NCBI GenBank assembly: GCA_965221125.1
Contig: CBDCRW010000004.1
Location: forward strand, 448,001 to 512,000
Reading direction: 5' to 3'
From: Alphaproteobacteria bacterium
GTDB taxonomy: Bacteria; Pseudomonadota; Alphaproteobacteria; UBA828
Length of the DNA: 64,000 nt
The position numbers and the translations under genes are program-made. This document shows positions 1 to 9,185 of the stretch, piece after piece (positions within the stretch are counted from its first letter, which is position 1; each line of letters begins with the position of its first letter). The notes beneath the pieces are model-generated. The model searched no databases. It was given only the letters and a program-made list of their open reading frames with translations, and was not told the origin of the DNA.

Positions 1-1520
1 CGGAGCCTGTCCCGATGACGACGAATCGGGTGTCGTTGCCCTTGCACGCTCAGCGTGCTCACGGGGTCTTGCCGGAAGGCGCGCCCCAATCCTTCGAGAG
101 GAAAGGGCAACGACATGGCTGTCTATATCGGGCTGGATGTATCGCTGGCAAGCACGACAATCTGCGTGATCGGCGACAAGGGCAAGATCGTGACCGAGGC
201 TCAGGTCGCCAGCACGCCTGACGCGTTGGTTGCGTTCATGGGCAAGCTGGAGCACGAGATCGCCGTGATCGGTCTTGAGGCCGGTCCCCTGTCCCACTGG
301 TTGCACAAGGGGCTGACCGACGCCGGCTTCGAGGCCGTCCTTATGGAGACCCGGCGGGTGAAGGCGGCGCTGAAGGCGATGCCGATCAAGACGGATCGCC
401 GGGATGCCGAGGGCATCGCACGGCTCTTGCAGATGGGCTGGTTCAGGCCGGTGCACTGCAAGTCGGTATCGTCGCAGGAGATGCGCGCACTGCTGACCTC
501 GCGCAGGTCCGTGAAGGGCGCGCTCACCGATATGGAACTCTCGCTGCGCGGCGTGTTGCGCAACTTTGGCCTGAAGCTGGGCCAGGTCTCGAAGGGCCGC
601 TGGGAGGCCCGCGTCCGGGAGTTGATCGCAGGCAACGCGATGCTGGAGGCCGCCGCCGAACCGATCCTGCGCGCGCGGGTGGCTCTGCGCCGCGAGCTGG
701 CCGGCCTGGAGAAGCTGGTCCGCGATCTGGCCAGGGAGGATCCGGTATGCCGGCTGCTGATGACCATGCCCGGCGTAGGCGCGGTCGTGGCCCTGACCTT
801 CAAATCGGCGATTGACGATCCCGGGCGGTTCCGGAGATCGAAGGATGTCGGCCCCTGGGTGGGACTGACGCCGGGCCGGGACCAATCCGGCGAGCGAGAT
901 ATTGTCGGCGGCATCACGAAGTGCGGCGACGCAGGTCTGCGTACCGCGCTCTATCAGGCCGCCACGGTGATGCTGAACGGCACCGCCGGGCCGAACTGGC
1001 TGAAGGCCTGGGCGCTTCGTCTGGCGAAGCTCCGTGGCAAGAAGCGTGCGACCGTCGCCCTGGCCCGGCGCATCGGCGTGGTACTTCACCGGATGTGGCG
1101 GGACGGCACCGAGTTCCGCTTCACGCGCGAGGAGGCGATGGCGCTCCAGACGGCATAGGCGCGGCTGCATCCCACCGGCAATCGGAAGCGAGAGGAGGAA
1201 AGAGCCGCGCCTGAAGGTGGCGATCCACCGGTGTCCCCTCGCCGGGACGCGGTTCCCGTTGATGCACGCGCTGCGTCTTGTCGGCCGAACCGTTTCATCG
1301 CGTTCGAGCACGCGACCAAGATCGGCACTCGGGAATCGTTTGGACCAGGCATGACGTTGGCAGCCGCTGCGCTGACCACGGACGGAAGCGAGAGCCTGGC
1401 GACGGACACATCCGGGAATCCCGCTTCCTTCTTTGCCGCGCAGACGAGTCAGTTAGCCGCTCCCGCCATGGCAATCCGCTATGTTGACCGCGCCTGTGAT
1501 TCGATTTGCAACAGGCTACG
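1..1520 (+). mobile_element. IS110-family insertion sequence, IS1111-like layout (left end truncated by the window edge)
   Basis: IS110 transposase flanked by an imperfect inverted repeat: CGGAGCCTGT at 1-10 vs ACAGGCTACG at 1511-1520 (reverse complement CGTAGCCTGT). About 360 bp of non-coding DNA lies 3' of the transposase. Confidence 0.75.
115..1158 (+). CDS. IS110-family DEDD transposase/recombinase
   Basis: Motifs YIGLDVS, GLEAG and KTDRRDA (DEDD RuvC-like), PGVG helix-hairpin-helix, GLTP..QSG serine motif and C-terminal ALARR. ATG at 115 follows a purine-rich RBS. Confidence 0.95.
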   Translation: MAVYIGLDVSLASTTICVIGDKGKIVTEAQVASTPDALVAFMGKLEHEIAVIGLEAGPLSHWLHKGLTDAGFEAVLMETRRVKAALKAMPIKTDRRDAEGIARLLQMGWFRPVHCKSVSSQEMRALLTSRRSVKGALTDMELSLRGVLRNFGLKLGQVSKGRWEARVRELIAGNAMLEAAAEPILRARVALRRELAGLEKLVRDLAREDPVCRLLMTMPGVGAVVALTFKSAIDDPGRFRRSKDVGPWVGLTPGRDQSGERDIVGGITKCGDAGLRTALYQAATVMLNGTAGPNWLKAWALRLAKLRGKKRATVALARRIGVVLHRMWRDGTEFRFTREEAMALQTA

Positions 1521-1569
1521 GTGCTTCATGTGCGAGCCACCGTGCCAGGCCGGAAGATCGTGAAGATCG

Positions 1570-1890
1570 GTGTTTGACATCAACCGCCCCATTACGGAAG
1601 ATGCGGCGACGGGGGAGGTCGGTGATTTTGCCGACGTAGCGACCGCTTATCGGGTTCACCTGGGCGCAGCGTCGTTTGATCCGAATGGAACCTTCCGCAG
1701 TCAGGATGTGAGCATGAGTCTTGGCGGAGTGCCGTTGAGCGGGGGCGGCGCATGGGGAGGCCAGTTCTCCAACATCCCCGACGGCGACGGCGATCCACGT
1801 CTTGTTGCCGGAACTGCTGGCGGTGAATTCACCACGCCTGTCGGCGGCGAGGGCGCATTCATCGGCGCCTATTACGGCACTACGGAATAA
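1570..1890 (+). pseudogene. C-terminal fragment of a Gly-rich beta-barrel protein (transferrin-binding-protein-like), probably interrupted upstream
   Basis: Gly/aromatic beta-strand pattern (GAWGGQFSN...VAGTAGGEF...FIGAYYG) with no convincing start or signal peptide; lies immediately after the IS right end. Confidence 0.45.
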
Positions 1891-2053
1891 TGCAGCGGCT
1901 TGAAGAGTCTGGGAACTTAAGGTCGGAGGCCAAGCACTAGGCGGGGCGAGTTGCGCTGATGGACAGTGGGTCGCATGGCCATGAGAGCCATGCCGTCCCC
2001 CAAAATCCTGAACGGCGGTCTGACCTCCTCGTGCGGGAGGATCAGGCCGTAGA

Positions 2054-3058
2054 GGGTCTATCCCCGCGCGGGCGGGGGAGCCGCAATCCGCCCCGTATTC
2101 CACGCGCCCCAGGAGGGTCTATCCCCGCGCGGGCGGGGGAGCCGGATCGGGGGCGGACAAGAGCCTGGCGATCAAGGGTCTATCCCCGCGCGGGCGGGGG
2201 AGCCACGTAGTTTCGGAACTCGCCGTCGCCAGTGGCGGGTCTATCCCCGCGCGGGCGGGGGAGCCTTCCTGCAGCTCTTCGGCTCGGCGGCCGAGTGGGG
2301 TCTATCCCCGCGCGGGCGGGGGAGCCTCCGCCAGCTCAGCCACCAGGCTATACGCCTCGGGTCTATCCCCGCGCGGGCGGGGGAGCCACGATGTACGGGC
2401 GCTGGCGGGCATATCGCCAGGGTCTATCCCCGCGCGGGCGGGGGAGCCGTCTCGCCGGGGATGTAAGGTTCGCCGCGATAGGGTCTATCCCCGCGCGGGC
2501 GGGGGAGCCAAATCACTACGAAACAGCCTCACCGTAATGTTGGGTCTATCCCCGCGCGGGCGGGGGAGCCACGACCGGGGCGGTGGTCCCGACATCGGTG
2601 GCGGGTCTATCCCCGCGCGGGCGGGGGAGCCATCGGACGATACAGGAGCAGGCCGTTCTTCTCGGGTCTATCCCCGCGCGGGCGGGGGAGCCGCGTAGGC
2701 CACACTGATGTTGGTCAGTGGGCGGGGTCTATCCCCGCGCGGGCGGGGGAGCCAATTCGTGGTGCGAACCCTGGTGTCTGATCTGGGGTCTATCCCCGCG
2801 CGGGCGGGGGAGCCGGTTGAGACCGGCGTTCGCGAATGCATCCGCCGGGTCTATCCCCGCGCGGGCGGGGGAGCCGCCTCCTTACCAAGATCAGCACCAA
2901 TTGGATTGGGTCTATCCCCGCGCGGGCGGGGGAGCCGTAAGCAAATCCGTCCACTTCAACGTAAGCCGGGGTCTATCCCCGCGCGGGCGGGGGAGCCAGG
3001 TCGATGGCGTACTCAAGACCGCCCTCGCCGGGTCTATCCCCGCGCGGGCGGGGGAGCC
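2054..3058 (-). CRISPR. Type I-E CRISPR array, 17 identical 29-bp repeats and 16 spacers of 32 bp
   Basis: GGGTCTATCCCCGCGCGGGCGGGGGAGCC recurs every 61 bp from 2054 to 3030. The reverse complement GGCTCCCCCGCCCGCGCGGGGATAGACCC has the I-E hairpin and 3' handle. Adjacent to cas2. Confidence 0.99.
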
Positions 3059-3102
3059 TCTAGCGATCAACACTTTGATGTATTTACGATGTCAAAGAGC
3101 AG
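3059..3102 (-). promoter_or_regulatory. CRISPR leader with IHF-like site
   Basis: AT-rich. The minus strand at 3080-3068 reads CATCAAAGTGTTG, a near match to the IHF consensus WATCAANNNNTTR, 9 bp from the first repeat. GCTCTTTGACA overlaps the cas2 stop codon. Confidence 0.7.
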
Positions 3103-3415
3103 TGGGCGATGTACGCGAATCCCCTTGCCGTTTTACGAGAAGGACACCGTCTGCGTCCACGATCTCTTTGGGAGGCGCGCCGAGCGTCCGTATGCGGAGA
3201 TTTCCGACGGCTTGCGTGTCCCTCCATACCAGGACGATCGATCCTGTGCGCAGTGCCGACCACCATGCCGACAGCACGTCCCACACCCGTGTCCGCACGC
3301 CCGCCGACAGGTCGGGCGCCACGTAGACTCCGGGTGCAACTTCAAGCATGACGGAGGTCAGAAAGCCGCGATAGCGAGGTTCCACGTTACGGGTGACGAC
3401 CATTGCCATGGGCAT
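3092..3415 (-). CDS. cas2: Type I-E CRISPR-associated endoribonuclease Cas2
   Basis: MPMAMVVTRNVEPRYRGFL...LEVAPGVYV...DADGVLL is typical of I-E Cas2; located between cas1 and the array. Confidence 0.95.
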   Translation of the reverse strand: MPMAMVVTRNVEPRYRGFLTSVMLEVAPGVYVAPDLSAGVRTRVWDVLSAWWSALRTGSIVLVWRDTQAVGNLRIRTLGAPPKEIVDADGVLLVKRQGDSRTSPTAL

Positions 3416-3422
3416 CGTCCGA

Positions 3423-4307
3423 TCACTCCTCCCCGGAGGGGTCCTCGAAAAGAGATTTTATTCGCTCGATCATCGCTGGGATCACATGTTCGCGTGCCAA
3501 TGTTTCCCCCGTCAGCCGGCGGGCAAGCCGCTCGATGTTTTCATCCGGGCGTTCAGTGATCCGCTTGGCGGCACGGAAAGCGGAGGGAATGGTAATGCTG
3601 TCGCGATGAAGGTCAGCGATGTCCAGAACGAACGACTGCCCCGGATCCTCGTGGATGAAGCCGAGTTGCGGGATCGTCGCGGTAGCGGCGACGGCGATGG
3701 CGGCGGCGCCCTCGACCGCGCTCGATGCGTGGTTGAGGGCCTGATTGGGAAAGTCCGCCGCTCCCGGGTCAGCGCGATCATAGCGGCGTCCACGCCACTC
3801 GATCCGGGCTCGCTGGGCGTGCAAGCGATAACTCTCCTTCATTCGCGCGCCCTCGATGCCGCGCAGAACGTCCAGCGAGCGATGCGGCAATATTTCGCCC
3901 AGTCGCCAGGCATACATGCGACGGGCGACGGCAATACGTTCGGCGTCGTCGGCCCATAGCCGCGCTTGCCGCCGCGCCAGGCCGGAGCGGTCGGGAATCA
4001 GCGGCGGGGCGGTGTAGAGACGAACCCCATCCTCTCCCACCGCCGCGAGCCCGGTGCGCGCGTAGGCAAGTAGACGCAACGCGTCATGGCTGACCGTGGA
4101 GCCGGGGCCGAGCAAAATCATCGATACCCCCTGAAGCGGGATCGCGTAATCCCCGGGCCCGAGCGCGTCCGCCGCGGTCGCTTGCCCTTGCAGGAAGGCG
4201 AGCGTGCCGTCTCGGGCTGTCAACGCGCCGCGCGCAAGATAGAGCAACCCGGCCCGATCCCTGTGCGGGACCTTGGCGCTGTCGAGTCCAAGCCGGCCCT
4301 TCAGCAT
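3423..4307 (-). CDS. cas1: Type I-E CRISPR-associated endonuclease Cas1
   Basis: LLGPGSTVSHDAL, LRGIEGARM, LGFIH and FVLDIADL motifs. Confidence 0.97.
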   Translation of the reverse strand: MLKGRLGLDSAKVPHRDRAGLLYLARGALTARDGTLAFLQGQATAADALGPGDYAIPLQGVSMILLGPGSTVSHDALRLLAYARTGLAAVGEDGVRLYTAPPLIPDRSGLARRQARLWADDAERIAVARRMYAWRLGEILPHRSLDVLRGIEGARMKESYRLHAQRARIEWRGRRYDRADPGAADFPNQALNHASSAVEGAAAIAVAATATIPQLGFIHEDPGQSFVLDIADLHRDSITIPSAFRAAKRITERPDENIERLARRLTGETLAREHVIPAMIERIKSLFEDPSGEE

Positions 4308-5087
4308 CTACCGCACCGGAACCGGGCGGCCGGGCGGGCGCAGCAGCAGCATGCCGTAGCCATAGGCTCGATGCCGCCCAACGCCCCGCATCAGCAGCGC
4401 GGAGAACGCCGTCGGATCAGCCACGACGAGAACGCCGTGCACGGTCGCGTCCGGCCCCTCAGAATCGTGATTCTCTCGTGCGACCCGCTGGCGTCGGAAA
4501 CGAACAAGACGAGTTGCTGAACGGTCGAGCGTGGCCGTGGGGGTCAGCCGTTCGGCCAGCCAGTCGAGATAGACCTCCTGCCGTGTCCGGCCCTCGTTGC
4601 TCATGCCGTCCGGCGCTTCGGGGTGGCCGCGCAAGGCCTCTACCAGAAACGCATCGACCTCGCGGCCAGCGCGCACCCGCTCTCTCGAGCCGTTCAGGTC
4701 GCGCCGCAGGCGTCGGATCGGTCGAGCCCGCAGATCGAAGCCCAACCGTTGCCCCGCGCGCCAGTCCGCCGGCATCAGCTTGCTCTCCAGCCCTTCGAGG
4801 CGCAGGACCTTCAAGTGTTCCGGCAGGGCCTGGACGTCCGCCGCGGCGCACAAGGCTTCCGCGTCCATTGCCGAGTACGCGTAGAGATTGCCGGCCCGTC
4901 TGCGGGGCGGGACGAGAAACCTGAAGCAGGGGAGGACTCCCGGTCCCCAGACTTCGGTCACGAGATGGTGCAGGGCGCGGCCTTCGTCATACACGGCGTC
5001 TTTCGATCCGGTCCAACCGCGTTCGCCGGCCCATCGACCTAACTGGCCGGTGTCGACGGGAGCGCGGACCAGATGGAACGCCGTCAT
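4308..5087 (-). CDS. cas6e: Type I-E Cas6e (Cse3) crRNA-processing RAMP
   Basis: C-terminal G-loop GVGRHRAYGYGMLLL. ATG at 5087 overlaps the cas5 stop (ATGA). Confidence 0.93.
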   Translation of the reverse strand: MTAFHLVRAPVDTGQLGRWAGERGWTGSKDAVYDEGRALHHLVTEVWGPGVLPCFRFLVPPRRRAGNLYAYSAMDAEALCAAADVQALPEHLKVLRLEGLESKLMPADWRAGQRLGFDLRARPIRRLRRDLNGSRERVRAGREVDAFLVEALRGHPEAPDGMSNEGRTRQEVYLDWLAERLTPTATLDRSATRLVRFRRQRVARENHDSEGPDATVHGVLVVADPTAFSALLMRGVGRHRAYGYGMLLLRPPGRPVPVR

Positions 5088-5806
5088 GCCGCTGCGGCCG
5101 GAACGATCCAACCCTCTACCACCCGGCGCGTCCCGCCGTGCAGACCGGTGCGCCAGTTCCGCAGGTCGGCCAAATCGGCAACGCGATCCACGTTGTCACC
5201 CGACTCAGGCCCCTGGCCGGAGGGCCATTGGGCGCGCGCTGGCGTTCCGGCACCGGGTACGGCGCGGAGTGCTTCCCAGGCGGTGCCGGCGCTCACCCAC
5301 CGCTCGTCTCCACTCGCTAGCAGCAGTGCTGAGGGCAGGCACGGCTTGCGCCCCAGGAACAGCGGCCGCGCGGGTCGGTCGAGCGCCTCCGCCACCGCGA
5401 CGAGAGTCGGCGCTTCCTCGGCCGGATCCAGACGCAGGACGATGCGCAGCAATGCGTCGGCTAAGTAGTCTCGAAACCGCCTGTGCGGCGCGTCGTAACT
5501 GGCACCTGTCCGTCCCTCCGGCGCGCCATGGGTCGTCCAGCCCTTGTCCTTCCCGGCGAGTTGCGCATTCTGCGCGTCGGTCAACACCGCACCCTCCCGG
5601 TCGCAACGGGCCGCGAAGACCAACCGATCCTGCGTCGCTTGATGCGCGTCCCGGTCCGACCAGTGCCAGCCAAGTGCGTTGCCTATCAGCCCTGTCAGCA
5701 TCGAGGCGGCCGGGAAGTTCCGCGTCGGGCCGACCTGGTCGATGGCCACGCCGCCATAGGCCATCAGGGGCGCTTCGAGGCGCAGGATCAGCCAGTGGTG
5801 CGTCAC
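5084..5806 (-). CDS. cas5: Type I-E Cas5 (CasD)
   Basis: WLILRLEAPLMAYGG...PAASMLTGLIGNALG...RDYLAD...LFLGRKPC. GTG start overlaps the cas7 stop. Confidence 0.95.
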   Translation of the reverse strand: MTHHWLILRLEAPLMAYGGVAIDQVGPTRNFPAASMLTGLIGNALGWHWSDRDAHQATQDRLVFAARCDREGAVLTDAQNAQLAGKDKGWTTHGAPEGRTGASYDAPHRRFRDYLADALLRIVLRLDPAEEAPTLVAVAEALDRPARPLFLGRKPCLPSALLLASGDERWVSAGTAWEALRAVPGAGTPARAQWPSGQGPESGDNVDRVADLADLRNWRTGLHGGTRRVVEGWIVPAAAA

Positions 5807-6933
5807 GGCATAGCCCTTTCCGGCAGGGTTCGGGCCCATTCGGCCAAATCGGCCAGCGTACCGCGCTCGGCGCCAGGGAGATTGGTCTCGTTCGCCAGCG
5901 ACATCGCCCGCCGCTCCTCGCCAGTAGCGTAGGCTTGGTCTAGCGCGACGAGATGATTTGTGAGCGCCTCGATTGCCGGGCCCACGTGCGGAGCGCAAGG
6001 TGTCCGGTATGCCTCGGCGAGGCTGCGCGGCTGCCGGTCGCCGGCCTCCAGTAGCATTAGGGCCGCCCGGCCGTAAGGGGCGGTCGAGCCCAGCTTGGCG
6101 CCCGGTGAGACCTCGGCGATCAGGTAGACGAGATTGTGCAGCACGCTGCCCGCCATGCCGGTGTCGCAGCCGAGATTTGTCGCGAGGCCGGACAGATCGA
6201 CCGCGACGTAGCCATAGAACAGGCCGGAAGTGAGTTCGGTCTCCTGGATCGTGTCCGCACCGGGCTCGTCCTCCCCAAGATCGTCGACCGCCGTGAAGTA
6301 GTCGCTCTCCGGCTCTTCCTCGTGGACGGTGAAGGCATGGGCGACATGCACGGGCGCAGTGATGTTGGCTTCCGGATCGGATGTGACCATGCGCCCGAAC
6401 AACGCGGAGACCAAGCCGGCAGGCAGCGATGCGCCGTCGCGCATCGTCTTGATGTTCGCCTTGAAGTCCTTTCGCCATTTCTGGGCGCCGTCTGCCGCCG
6501 CTTTCGCATCGTCAGACGCCTGTTGCGCCAAATCCTCGGCCTGCTTCTTGAGCCAATTCAGCTCCGGTTCGCCCAACAGCAGTGTCTGGCGACTCGCCCT
6601 GTCGCCGCCCTTGTCACCATAGACTGCCACTTGAAATTCGCCTTCAAGAGCCGCGACAACGTCCTCGGAGAAGTTATCGCGCAAGGGACCGATGACCTTG
6701 CGTGTGACCAACTCGCGCGAACGGAACGCCGCAGTCGCTCCGTCAATCCTGTCCAGCCCGTGCGGATCATCGGCGATGCGCCAATGCCGCTTCAGGCACT
6801 GTGAGGAAATCCGCGTGCGCAGCGCTCTGCCGTAGGGTAACCGCTTGGCCAATCCGCTGTCGTCGCGGTTGAGCAGCGCGGCTGTATAGGAGGTCAAGGT
6901 GTGAACTTGGAGAAAACGGGGACGGGTCATCAT
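5803..6933 (-). CDS. cas7: Type I-E Cas7 (CasC/Cse4)
   Basis: LNRDDSGLAK, RISSQCLKRHWR, ALFGRM, VAHAFTVH and DYFTAVDDL motifs. Confidence 0.97.
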   Translation of the reverse strand: MMTRPRFLQVHTLTSYTAALLNRDDSGLAKRLPYGRALRTRISSQCLKRHWRIADDPHGLDRIDGATAAFRSRELVTRKVIGPLRDNFSEDVVAALEGEFQVAVYGDKGGDRASRQTLLLGEPELNWLKKQAEDLAQQASDDAKAAADGAQKWRKDFKANIKTMRDGASLPAGLVSALFGRMVTSDPEANITAPVHVAHAFTVHEEEPESDYFTAVDDLGEDEPGADTIQETELTSGLFYGYVAVDLSGLATNLGCDTGMAGSVLHNLVYLIAEVSPGAKLGSTAPYGRAALMLLEAGDRQPRSLAEAYRTPCAPHVGPAIEALTNHLVALDQAYATGEERRAMSLANETNLPGAERGTLADLAEWARTLPERAMP

Positions 6934-7511
6934 TCCGTTCCTTCCTCTGATTCCTGGGCCGCGAGCTCTGCGTGGTCGAGCCGGCGGTAGTAGGGTTCGG
7001 CCAGTTGACGTCGGTTATCGGGCGCCAACAGTGTATAGGCGATATCGATGACATTGATGCCGCCGCTTGGGTCGCGGCTCCGGGCCAGGGCGCGGGCCGC
7101 GCGCGTCAGCAGGACGGCGCGCTGCGGCCCACGCGCTGCCATAAGTTGCGCGAGACGCCGTTCGCTGAACACGGGTCTGGGAGGTCCATCGCCCGGCGGT
7201 GGCCATTTCTGGTCGCCTCCGTCACACAACACTTCACCGAGAGAGCGTCGGCGATCGTGCAGAGGGCGGCGCCTGGCGGGATTGCCCTTCTCGGTGAGAA
7301 TCGCAAGGACACGCACGATGGCGGTCCATTCGTGGTGTTGCTTTCGGTTTCCGATGGTGTCGGGATGCCGCGCGGCCAGTCGCCAGAATTCCGGCGCCGC
7401 CGCCTCTTCGGTCATCAGGCGCAATTCTGCAAGTGGGCCAGGTGGTAGGTGCTGCAACCTCTTGGCGGCGGCGCACGCGGCTTCCGCCGGTTTGTCATCA
7501 GACAGCGTCAT
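6930..7511 (-). CDS. cas11: Type I-E small subunit Cas11 (Cse2/CasB)
   Basis: Small helical ORF between cas8e and cas7 with L.PG.LAELR, SERRL and ..YY motifs. Start placed at MTLSDD. Confidence 0.85.
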   Translation of the reverse strand: MTLSDDKPAEAACAAAKRLQHLPPGPLAELRLMTEEAAAPEFWRLAARHPDTIGNRKQHHEWTAIVRVLAILTEKGNPARRRPLHDRRRSLGEVLCDGGDQKWPPPGDGPPRPVFSERRLAQLMAARGPQRAVLLTRAARALARSRDPSGGINVIDIAYTLLAPDNRRQLAEPYYRRLDHAELAAQESEEGTE

Positions 7512-9042
7512 CGGCCCCCTCCCGGTCGAACAACTCGGGGTAGTAGTGTTTCCACATTCGGTTACGGAGCGCCCGCCGTGCCCGTGCCTCAGCCCTCGGA
7601 CGCAAGGCCGTCGGGCAGGGGATGGACGGAAGCGCCGCCTCGAATTCTGTCTTCGCCGATTCCCACAGATCGGCAAGGAATGCCCGCCTCGTCTCGAAGG
7701 CCGCGTCGTCGCTTTCGGTTGCCGCGCCGGTCCGACGCCACAGGCTTGGAAAGAAGAGCCGGTCGGCGGCCTGATCGAAGCGCTTTCGGGCGGGCCCGGC
7801 ATGAGCGAAGTGTTTTTTTCCAATGGCGCCGTCTTCGGTCTTGCCGCCCGCAGCCGTCAACGCGAGCGCATATGCCAGCGCCTTGTCGAAGCTCTCGATC
7901 TCCTTTAGCTGCTCCGAGGCAAGTCTTCCGATGTCGCCGGACGAGAATAGCGGCACGACTCTTCCGGGCACCGGCACCACGCGCGACTTGAAGCCTCCGG
8001 TCTTGCTGTTGCCGCGCGCGAACGCCTCCGCCACGACGAGCATGTCGCCGGTCTCGTCGTCCCCCGGACAAGCGAGAAGCGGCCTGTTCCAATTGCCAGA
8101 GAACAGCAAGTCGTAGAGGCGGCGATAGTGGAAGTCGCCACTCTCGCTGAGGGTCAGGCTCTTGCCACTGTTGTCGACCGGCGTCCAAGGATCGCCGGTA
8201 TTGCCCCTGAGCGCCTTTGCGTCGATGCGCGTTCCTTTAGAAGTAGCGCGGTGCGCCGATAGTCGCCCGCCCGACTCTGTCAGGCGCACGCGGCGGCAAG
8301 TCTCGATGAACCAAGGATCGAGTGTGCGAATATCGAGCTGTCGGCCCTCCGGCCAGTCAAGGCACCAAAGCAGTGCTGGTCCGCCCCGCGTGCCGAGTTC
8401 GCCATGCGCGCCCTTCTCCCGTGCGGTCAACAACAGCTTCACGTCCCGCGCCCACCAAGCTGAGTGATCGATGGATATGCCCTCTCCTCGGGTCGGCGCG
8501 AGGCCCAGCAACGGGCGGCTGGACGAACCGCCGTTCATGCGCGCAATCCCGTTGTTCCCTCTGCCGCCGTATCCTTCGCAGGTCTGCAGCGACACCAGGG
8601 CGTAGACCCAGTCTTCGGCCGCCGCCTGCCGCGCGACCGCCTGCTTCAAGTCGTGATTGCGCGCGGTGATTAGCATGTCGAGTGCGTCGGGGGTGGGGAC
8701 CTCGGACCACTTCAATCCGCCCGGTGCCGGGGCCTGCAGGAAGGCGGGCTCGCTCCGATCCGCAACCGCTAATCGCCAAGGTGAGTCGTCCGGATGGTCC
8801 GCTGTCAGTCCACGCAGGGCAGCCATCCAGGACTCGACGTCCCGCGGCAGGTCGCTGCGGTCCGCGGTCCACAGCGCAAGCGCGCCGAGCTGAACGAGGA
8901 ACATATGCAAAGCCGGCCGCTGGTGAGGGCGCAGCGCCGTGAATCCTCCTACCTCGCCACGCACCAACGCGGCGAACAGGACAGGGAGCGAGGTCCTGGT
9001 GCCGTTGGAAACAGAGAAAACCGGATCGTGGAGCAGGTTCAT
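7498..9042 (-). CDS. cas8e: Type I-E large subunit Cas8e (Cse1/CasA)
   Basis: MNLLHDP start, RPHQ..ALHMFLVQL, PAFLQ and GYGGRGN.G..RMNGG motifs; operon position. Confidence 0.9.
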   Translation of the reverse strand: MNLLHDPVFSVSNGTRTSLPVLFAALVRGEVGGFTALRPHQRPALHMFLVQLGALALWTADRSDLPRDVESWMAALRGLTADHPDDSPWRLAVADRSEPAFLQAPAPGGLKWSEVPTPDALDMLITARNHDLKQAVARQAAAEDWVYALVSLQTCEGYGGRGNNGIARMNGGSSSRPLLGLAPTRGEGISIDHSAWWARDVKLLLTAREKGAHGELGTRGGPALLWCLDWPEGRQLDIRTLDPWFIETCRRVRLTESGGRLSAHRATSKGTRIDAKALRGNTGDPWTPVDNSGKSLTLSESGDFHYRRLYDLLFSGNWNRPLLACPGDDETGDMLVVAEAFARGNSKTGGFKSRVVPVPGRVVPLFSSGDIGRLASEQLKEIESFDKALAYALALTAAGGKTEDGAIGKKHFAHAGPARKRFDQAADRLFFPSLWRRTGAATESDDAAFETRRAFLADLWESAKTEFEAALPSIPCPTALRPRAEARARRALRNRMWKHYYPELFDREGADDAV

Positions 9043-9185
9043 CCGGGGGTCAGTTTCGTTCACCGTGCTGCGAGTGACAAACTGCCGGCTGCTTGCGCGG
9101 CAATCCTGATCGCATCGACAAAATACCAGAACCAACGGTTTCGGAACAAACAAGAAACACTGTCCTTGGGCGGGGACAGTAGGTC

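Noticed and set aside
2083-3029. Self-targeting spacers within the window
   Set aside because: None was noticed by eye; this is not exhaustive and needs an alignment.
1959-3559. ORFs across the CRISPR array (GLSPRGRGS, SIPARAGEP repeats)
   Set aside because: These are translations of the DNA repeats, not proteins.
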